In this document: one piece after another, positions 58,054-64,000 of the stretch | Numbering within the stretch: position 1 is the first letter of the stretch | Layout: every line of letters begins with the position of its first letter | Assembly (NCBI GenBank): GCA_001784285.1 | Contig: MFQC01000003.1 | Coordinates: 144,159-208,158 of the forward strand | Source of the DNA: Candidatus Magasanikbacteria bacterium RIFCSPHIGHO2_02_FULL_48_18 | GTDB lineage: Bacteria; Patescibacteriota; Patescibacteriia; Magasanikbacterales; UBA922 | DNA length: 64,000 bases | Reading direction: 5' to 3' | Position numbers and translations under genes: made by a program | The notes under the pieces: generated by a model | Databases searched by the model: none | Seen by the model: the letters and a program-made list of their open reading frames with translations, nothing else | What the model was told of the DNA's origin: nothing

Positions 58054-59664
58054 ATGATACAAAAAATTTTCTCTTCGCAATCACAGACGATCACCGGAGC
58101 GGCAATCATCCTTGGCGCCGCTTCTCTTTTTAGCCGTCTCATCGGCATTATTCGTGACCGCATTTTTGCGCATTATTTTGGCGCGAGCGACCTTTTGGAC
58201 GCATATTACGCGGCGTTTCGCATTCCGGATTTCGTGTTTTATCTTCTTATTGTTGGCGCGCTTTCCGCCGGATTTATCCCCGTCTTTACCTCATTGTGGC
58301 AAAAGGACAAAGAAGAAGCGTGGAAAATAACAAACGCCATGATGCATATTCTGGGCCTCTGCCTCCTCGTCCTGTGCGGCAGTTTATTTTTTTTGGCGCC
58401 AGTCCTCATGAGATATCTCGTCCCTGGTTTTTCCGAAGAAAATATCCATTTGGCAAGCAGGCTGACCCGTATTATGCTGTTGAGTCCTTTCTTTTTGGGC
58501 ATAAGCAGTGTGGCAAGCGGAGCTCTTCAATCGCTCAAACACTTTTTTATATATTCTCTCACGCCCGTCATGTACAACCTTGGCATTATCCTTGGCGCCA
58601 TTTTTCTTTACCCGATTTTCGGCCCATCCGGTCTTGCATTTGGCGTGGTCATCGGCGCCCTCCTACACCTCATAATCCAGGTGCCGGTCTTATACCAGCA
58701 AGGATTTCGATACCGCGCGCTCTTTTTGTGGAATAATCCATCGGTAAAAAAAATTGGGAAACTTATGATTCCGCGCACGCTCGGTCTTGCGGCGAACCAA
58801 ATCAATCTGGTCATCATTGTCATGCTTGCGTCCACGCTTGGCGAAGGGAGCATTGCCATATATCAGTTCGCCGACAATTTGCAAGCCGCGCCCATTGGCG
58901 TCATTGGCATTTCCTTTGCGCTTGCCGCGTTTCCTCTCCTCTCGGAATTTTCCGCAAAGAATGAAAAAGAAAAAATGATTCATTATCTTTCCGAAACCAT
59001 ACGGCAAATTCTCTTTTTCATTATCCCTATTACTGTTCTCTTTCTTCTCTTGCGCGCCCAAATTGTGCGCGTCGTTTTGGGAACTGGTCAATTTGACTGG
59101 ACTGCCACGGTAACCACCGCCGACGCATTGGCATTTTTTGCGCTCTCCCTGTTTGCCCAATGTCTTATCCCCCTTTTGGCCAGAGGATTTTATGCGCTCC
59201 ACAACACATGGATTCCATTCACTGTCGGAATGACGACGACCGTTGTGAGTATCGTGATGAGTGTATTTTTTAAAGCGCTGTTCGGGCTCCCCGGACTGGC
59301 GCTTGCGTATTCTCTTGCCATGATGGTTCAGCTCGTGCTTTTATGGGTGAGTTTGCATTTTGTCCTTGGCAATCTTGATGAAGTTCGGATGATGCGGACC
59401 CTTTCCAAATTGTCCGTTGCCGCGATTGGCATGGCGGTAGTCGTGCAATTTCTCAAAGCGCCGCTTGCGGCCATGGTTGATATGACGCGATTTTGGGGCA
59501 TATTTGTCCAGGGGTTTGTCGCCGGCGCGGCAGGGCTGTGCCTGTATGGATTCATCTGTTATGCCCTTCGATTGGAAGAAATGGAACGATTCCACAAAAG
59601 TCTGAAAAGGCGCTGGCTCAAAATGCGGAGCATCCAGCCGGATATTGCGGAAACAGGACGTTGA
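58054..59664 (+). CDS. murJ: Lipid II flippase MurJ (MviN). The long ORF starts at 57961.
   Basis: 14-TM MOP-superfamily protein. N-terminus ...ILGAASLFSRLIGIIRDRIFAHYFGASDLLDAYYAAFRIPD is the canonical MurJ opening. Confidence 0.8.
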   Translation: MIQKIFSSQSQTITGAAIILGAASLFSRLIGIIRDRIFAHYFGASDLLDAYYAAFRIPDFVFYLLIVGALSAGFIPVFTSLWQKDKEEAWKITNAMMHILGLCLLVLCGSLFFLAPVLMRYLVPGFSEENIHLASRLTRIMLLSPFFLGISSVASGALQSLKHFFIYSLTPVMYNLGIILGAIFLYPIFGPSGLAFGVVIGALLHLIIQVPVLYQQGFRYRALFLWNNPSVKKIGKLMIPRTLGLAANQINLVIIVMLASTLGEGSIAIYQFADNLQAAPIGVIGISFALAAFPLLSEFSAKNEKEKMIHYLSETIRQILFFIIPITVLFLLLRAQIVRVVLGTGQFDWTATVTTADALAFFALSLFAQCLIPLLARGFYALHNTWIPFTVGMTTTVVSIVMSVFFKALFGLPGLALAYSLAMMVQLVLLWVSLHFVLGNLDEVRMMRTLSKLSVAAIGMAVVVQFLKAPLAAMVDMTRFWGIFVQGFVAGAAGLCLYGFICYALRLEEMERFHKSLKRRWLKMRSIQPDIAETGR

Positions 59665-59667
59665 TCT

Positions 59668-60345
59668 ATGAAATCCTACCGTATTGACCTCGGTTGCGGC
59701 GAAGGAAACCGCCTCGCGCGATATCAAAAACAAAATCGTCTTCTCGGCATCGATATTGATCCGGAAAATATTGGCATCTGTCAAAAAAACTATCCGGAAG
59801 GCGTCTGGATCGCAGGAAATGCGGAAACGGTCTCACTCACGAATTACACGCCGGTTGATACTATCCAGTGCATTGAAGTTATTGAACACGTGGATGATTG
59901 GAAAAAAGTAATACGCACCCTAAGCCAGGTGCCATCCGGCGCCACCCTCTTCCTCACGACACCGTATAAAGCGGCAGAAGAAAAACTGCTCAGGATTCGC
60001 CCGAATTATTGGAAAGAAATCGGCCATCAACATTTTTTTGTTGGAAAAGAAATTCATCACGAACTTCAGAAAAACGGCTGGACCGCCATTACAATCAAAC
60101 GCCGAAATGCCGCTTTATTTTTTGAACTCACGGCATTATTCAAAAAAAATGCGCCGTGCGTCCGCAATACATATTATCAAAACATACTTCCCCTCCCACT
60201 TCGGCTGTTTTTTCAGCTCTTTCGAACCGATTTATTTGACACACGGCTGAAATATATTCCCATCTGGATTTTCACACTCCCCATTGGCAGATTGCTCGAT
60301 ATTTTTTTTGGCGCAACACTCGTGGTAAAAGCAAAAAAATCGTAA
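59668..60345 (+). CDS. Class I SAM-dependent methyltransferase.
   Basis: Motif I RIDLGCGEGNRL. Motif II/post-I region LGIDID. 225 aa. Confidence 0.6.
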   Translation: MKSYRIDLGCGEGNRLARYQKQNRLLGIDIDPENIGICQKNYPEGVWIAGNAETVSLTNYTPVDTIQCIEVIEHVDDWKKVIRTLSQVPSGATLFLTTPYKAAEEKLLRIRPNYWKEIGHQHFFVGKEIHHELQKNGWTAITIKRRNAALFFELTALFKKNAPCVRNTYYQNILPLPLRLFFQLFRTDLFDTRLKYIPIWIFTLPIGRLLDIFFGATLVVKAKKS

Positions 60346-60353
60346 TTTTACCC

Positions 60354-60382
60354 TTGCTTTAGGGATGCTCGCGTGATACAAT
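60354..60382 (+). promoter_or_regulatory. Sigma70-type promoter upstream of lepA (TTGCTT-17-TACAAT). A GGAGG RBS follows at 60394-60398.
   Basis: -35 TTGCTT at 60354-60359. 17-nt spacer. -10 TACAAT at 60377-60382. ATG at 60409. Confidence 0.45.
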
Positions 60383-60408
60383 AGCCTCAAAATGGAGGTG
60401 TTTTTATT

Positions 60409-62196
60409 ATGCGACCAATCCGAAATTTTTGCATCATTGCCCACATTGACCATGGAAAATCGACCCTCGCGGATCGATTTCTTGAAATTACCGGCACCAT
60501 AGAACAGCGGAAAATGAAAGCGCAGATTCTTGACCAAATGGATATTGAACGCGAACGAGGCATAACGATCAAGCTCCAGCCGGTTCGAATGGCATATAAA
60601 GAACACATCCTCAACCTCATTGACACCCCCGGCCACGTGGACTTTACGTACGAAGTCTCCCGATCGCTTGCCGCGGTTGAAGGCGCCGTTCTTCTCGTGG
60701 ACGCGTCGCAGGGGGTCCAGGCCCAAACTATTGCGAATTTGTACCTCGCGATTGAACAAAATCTTGCCATTATCCCTGTTCTGAATAAAATTGATCTTCC
60801 GAACGCGAACATTGAAAAAACAAGCGCGGAAATTATCCATCTGTTGGGATGTGCAAAAGAAGACATACTCCATGCGTCCGGAAAAACGGGCGTCGGTGTT
60901 CCGGAAATTCTGAACGCCGTTATCGCCCGCATTCCCCCGCCCCAGCCCATGGTCGGCAAACCGGCGCGCGCTTTGATTTTTGATTCATTTTACGACGACT
61001 ATCGCGGCGTGGTCGCGTCGGTGAGAATGGTGGATGGGGAGATCCAGCAGGGCGATAAAATTTATTTTATGGGAACAGGCGCCACGGCAGACACGCTCGA
61101 CGTGGGCCATTACACGCCGCCGCTTGCTTCCGACCCCTTGCTCGAAAATGGGCAAATCGGCTATGTGGTCACCGGTCTCAAAGAACTGAATCAAGTCCGT
61201 GTTGGCGACACGATTACTCATGAAAAAAACCGTGCCGCGGAGCAACTGCCAGGGTATAAAGAAGTCAAGCCCATGGTGTACGCGGGTATTTTCCCTGCCG
61301 AAGGCGACAACTATTCGGAACTCAGAAATGCCATGGACAAACTGAAACTCAATGATTCGGCGCTCTTTTATGAACCGGAACATTCGCAAGTGCTTGGATT
61401 TGGATTTCGGTGCGGTTTTTTAGGCATGCTCCACCTTGAAATTTTTCAAGAGCGGCTTCGACGAGAATTTGATATTGATATTATCGCAACCGTTCCCAGT
61501 GTGGCGTATCATGTGACCAAAACCAATGGAGCCAATCTTGAAGTCAAAAGCCCTCAAGACTTGCCCCCGCCTCAGCATCTGGAACGCATTGAAGAGCCAT
61601 GGATGTTGGTGGACATTATTTCTCCCGAGGCATTTATTGGAAACATCATGGGGCTAACCGCCGAACGAAAAGGCATATATCTCAATACCGAATATCTGAG
61701 TACTGGAAATGAAAAAAGGGCGATGTTGCATTACGAAATGCCGCTCGCATCCCTCATCACGGATTTTTACGACAAACTCAAAACAGCCACAAGCGGGTAC
61801 GCGTCTTTAAACTACGAATACAAAGACTATCGCAGGGCTGACGTGGTTAAAATGGACATCCTTATCGCCGAAGAACCGGTGGAAGCGTTGTCCACACTGG
61901 TATGGCGGGATGATGCCGCTGACATTGGCAAAAAAATTGTGAACTCACTCAAAGAGACTTTGCCAAAGCAACAATACGTGGTCAAAATTCAAGCCGCGAT
62001 CGGCGGAAAAATTATTGCCGGAGAACGCTTAAGCGCGTTGCGCAAAGATGTGACGGCCAAGCTCTATGGCGGAGACGTGACCCGAAAACGAAAACTCTTG
62101 GAAAAGCAGAAAAAAGGGAAGAAAAAAATGATGGCAATGGGAAAAGGAAAGGTGCAGATTCCGACCGAGGCCTATTTGGCGGTATTGAAGCGGTAG
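60409..62196 (+). CDS. lepA: Elongation factor 4 (LepA).
   Basis: IRNFCIIAHIDHGKSTLADR...DTPGHVDF...NKIDL. 595 aa. LepA-specific C-terminal domain. Confidence 0.9.
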   Translation: MRPIRNFCIIAHIDHGKSTLADRFLEITGTIEQRKMKAQILDQMDIERERGITIKLQPVRMAYKEHILNLIDTPGHVDFTYEVSRSLAAVEGAVLLVDASQGVQAQTIANLYLAIEQNLAIIPVLNKIDLPNANIEKTSAEIIHLLGCAKEDILHASGKTGVGVPEILNAVIARIPPPQPMVGKPARALIFDSFYDDYRGVVASVRMVDGEIQQGDKIYFMGTGATADTLDVGHYTPPLASDPLLENGQIGYVVTGLKELNQVRVGDTITHEKNRAAEQLPGYKEVKPMVYAGIFPAEGDNYSELRNAMDKLKLNDSALFYEPEHSQVLGFGFRCGFLGMLHLEIFQERLRREFDIDIIATVPSVAYHVTKTNGANLEVKSPQDLPPPQHLERIEEPWMLVDIISPEAFIGNIMGLTAERKGIYLNTEYLSTGNEKRAMLHYEMPLASLITDFYDKLKTATSGYASLNYEYKDYRRADVVKMDILIAEEPVEALSTLVWRDDAADIGKKIVNSLKETLPKQQYVVKIQAAIGGKIIAGERLSALRKDVTAKLYGGDVTRKRKLLEKQKKGKKKMMAMGKGKVQIPTEAYLAVLKR

Positions 62197-62236
62197 AGGC
62201 AGATGTAAAAAAATTATTTTATTAAAACTGACAACG

Positions 62237-62335
62237 TATGAAAAAGAAAAAATTTACTCATGTCCTCTGGATCATTATTAGCATAATCGCGGTCTTCGCC
62301 ATGGTCTTTTTCACCATCGCGCCGATGTTTTATTG
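62237..62335 (+). CDS. Possible 32-aa single-TM micropeptide (MKKKKFTHVLWIIISIIAVFAMVFFTIAPMFY).
   Basis: Short ORF between lepA and recJ with a Lys-rich N-terminus and one hydrophobic helix. Too short for the ORF track. No clear RBS. Confidence 0.25.
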
Positions 62336-62363
62336 ACCAAAGAAACAATTGCCGCATTCTGTT

Positions 62364-64000
62364 ATGAAAAACCATATTGAACCTTTGTGGAGCGTTCTTC
62401 CTCCGCCGCCAGATTCATTTTTTGATGAGTACCCGGAACTTCCCAAAACTGTCGCGCATTTGCTGTATCACCGAAACATTCGAACGCAAAAAAAAATTGA
62501 TGAATTTCTCAATCCGGATTATCCCGAAGATATTCATGATCCTTTTTTGTTTCAAGACATGAAAAAGGCCACAGACCGGCTCTTTCGCGCAATGGAACAA
62601 AACGAAAAAATAACCATTCATGGCGACTACGACGCAGACGGCGTATCCGCATCCGTGATTCTCACCTCTCTGTTCCGCGCGTTTCAATTTGATAATTTCA
62701 ATGTCTTTCTCCCGCATCGTGAAACCGACGGCTATGGGTTGAACAAAAAAACAATCGGCCTTCTCGCTGACGAAGGGACAAACGTCATTATTACCTGTGA
62801 CTGCGGCATCAGCAACCGCGAAGAAGTCGCTCTTGCCAATGAAAAAGGTATTGATGTCATTATTACCGACCATCACACCCTGCCGGAAATTATTCCGGAT
62901 GCCTATGCCATTATCCACCCCAAACGAGAAGGCGAGACCTATCCGGACAAAACGCTCGCCGGAGGCGGCGTGGCCTTCAAATTGGTTGAAGGCATGCTGA
63001 AAAAGCATAAAACGACGCACACCCTTCTTCCAAACGGAGAAACGCATGAAGCGCTTGAAAAATGGCTTCTCGACATGGTGGCGATCGCGAGCGTGGCCGA
63101 CATGGTTCCCCTTTTGGGAGAATCGCGAACGCTTACCAAATATGGACTTATTGTACTCAACAAAACCCGCCGTATCGGCCTCCAAAAACTCCTGCTCGAA
63201 GCGCGGCTTATGCAAGAAGACGGCACAAAAAAACGCGAAATCAGCGCCGACACGATTGGCTTTCAAATTGCTCCAAGAATTAATGCCGCCGGCCGCATGA
63301 ACCACGCCAATGTGGCATATAATCTCCTCGTAACCGAAAGCCCGACAGACGCGATTGATCTTGCATTTGAACTCAATCACAATAATCAAGAGCGCCAAGA
63401 GCTCGTGGACGTACTTATCAAAGAAGCAGTCGCCCAAGTGGAACACAACACATCGGATCAGCCCTTTGTTTTTGTGATTGGGGACGACTGGCCAACCGGC
63501 GTGATTGGTCTTATTGCAAGCCGCCTCAAAGAACGGTATTACAAACCCGTCCTGGCCATGTCTCAGCAGACAAATGAAGTGGTTGGGTCTGGACGAAGCA
63601 TCAAAGGCTTTGATATGATTGCCACGCTCCAAGAAATACCCCATTTTTTTTCCAAATTCGGCGGCCACCCCATGGCGTGCGGATTGACACTCACAAGCCC
63701 GGATGTTCTTTCTGAGTTTCAAGAGACAGTAACCACGTTGTTTTTGGAAAAAACAACCGATGAAGACCGCCGTCCCATTTTGGAAATCGACGCGGAAATA
63801 ATGCTCGACGACGTTCAGTGGGAGTTGTACGATATTTTGGAAAAATTCAAACCGTTTGGTCAAGCCAACCCGAAACCAAAATACGTGGCAAAAGGCGTCA
63901 CCGTCGTCGGCATAGAACCGGTCGGAAAAACCAAACAGCATCTGCGCCTCATGGTGCAACAGCATTCCCCAAAAATTCGAAAAACCATCGGCTGGGGGCT
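62364..64000 (+). CDS. recJ: Single-stranded-DNA-specific exonuclease RecJ, partial; the gene runs off the right edge of the window.
   Basis: Manual translation: ...ITIHGDYDADGVSASVIL... (DHH motif I), ...IITCDCG..., ...VIITDHHT... (DHH), then the DHHA1 region. No stop in the window, so it is absent from the ORF track. Confidence 0.8.
   Translation, partial: MKNHIEPLWSVLPPPPDSFFDEYPELPKTVAHLLYHRNIRTQKKIDEFLNPDYPEDIHDPFLFQDMKKATDRLFRAMEQNEKITIHGDYDADGVSASVILTSLFRAFQFDNFNVFLPHRETDGYGLNKKTIGLLADEGTNVIITCDCGISNREEVALANEKGIDVIITDHHTLPEIIPDAYAIIHPKREGETYPDKTLAGGGVAFKLVEGMLKKHKTTHTLLPNGETHEALEKWLLDMVAIASVADMVPLLGESRTLTKYGLIVLNKTRRIGLQKLLLEARLMQEDGTKKREISADTIGFQIAPRINAAGRMNHANVAYNLLVTESPTDAIDLAFELNHNNQERQELVDVLIKEAVAQVEHNTSDQPFVFVIGDDWPTGVIGLIASRLKERYYKPVLAMSQQTNEVVGSGRSIKGFDMIATLQEIPHFFSKFGGHPMACGLTLTSPDVLSEFQETVTTLFLEKTTDEDRRPILEIDAEIMLDDVQWELYDILEKFKPFGQANPKPKYVAKGVTVVGIEPVGKTKQHLRLMVQQHSPKIRKTIGWG

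Noticed and set aside
62415-63965. 516-aa minus-strand ORF.
   Set aside because: It is antisense to a clearly recognisable recJ on the plus strand (DHH and DHHA1 motifs), so it is a shadow ORF.

Overview
This 64 kb window reads like a compact, gene-dense genome in the CPR/Patescibacteria style. GC is about mid-40s % by eye. Genes are short, most lie on the minus strand, ATGA-type start/stop overlaps are common, and type IV pilus genes are present. Most of the content is housekeeping: tRNA synthetases and ligases, the Sec translocon, nucleotide-excision repair, and cell-envelope, ribosomal and folate genes.

Recognisable genes, left to right:
- mreB (partial), proS, then a proBCA proline-biosynthesis operon.
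- A UvrD-family helicase fused to a C-terminal Cas4/AddB-like Fe-S nuclease.
- acs, an aldo/keto reductase, tRNA-Ser(GGA), two small conserved hypotheticals, lgt.
- A tandem-LOG protein, gatA, gatC, ligA.
- A type IV pilus block: prepilin peptidase (pilD), pilin, an orphan receiver domain, pilM.
- cysS, pyrG, rplI, era.
- A VirD4/TraD/FtsK-superfamily P-loop ATPase with an unusual ~370-aa N-terminal domain.
- A GT-C-type membrane glycosyltransferase, a SWIB-domain protein, dnaX, tRNA-Gln(CTG), folD, dus.
- A secA-secD-secF operon that continues into a small membrane protein plus an ATPase-less paralog of the N-terminal domain of that ATPase.
- hpf, murB, a truncated uvrC, uvrA, a lipoprotein, uvrB, a beta-CASP MBL RNase, corA, murJ, a methyltransferase, lepA and recJ (partial).

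The findings I would look at first:
1. One gene at about 48.2-49.4 kb is sharply GC-rich (about mid-60s % with G/C-ending codons), unlike everything around it. It encodes an ATP-grasp-like protein, sits between two rho-independent terminators, and follows a highly structured ~110-nt leader.
2. The T4CP-like ATPase carries a novel N-terminal domain, and a second copy of that domain is encoded inside the sec operon.
3. SecD carries two inserted parvulin (SurA-like) PPIase domains.
4. A single protein contains two tandem LOG domains.
5. ProRS has its editing domain replaced by a CxxC...CxxC zinc ribbon.

I found no CRISPR array, transposase, integrase or rRNA.
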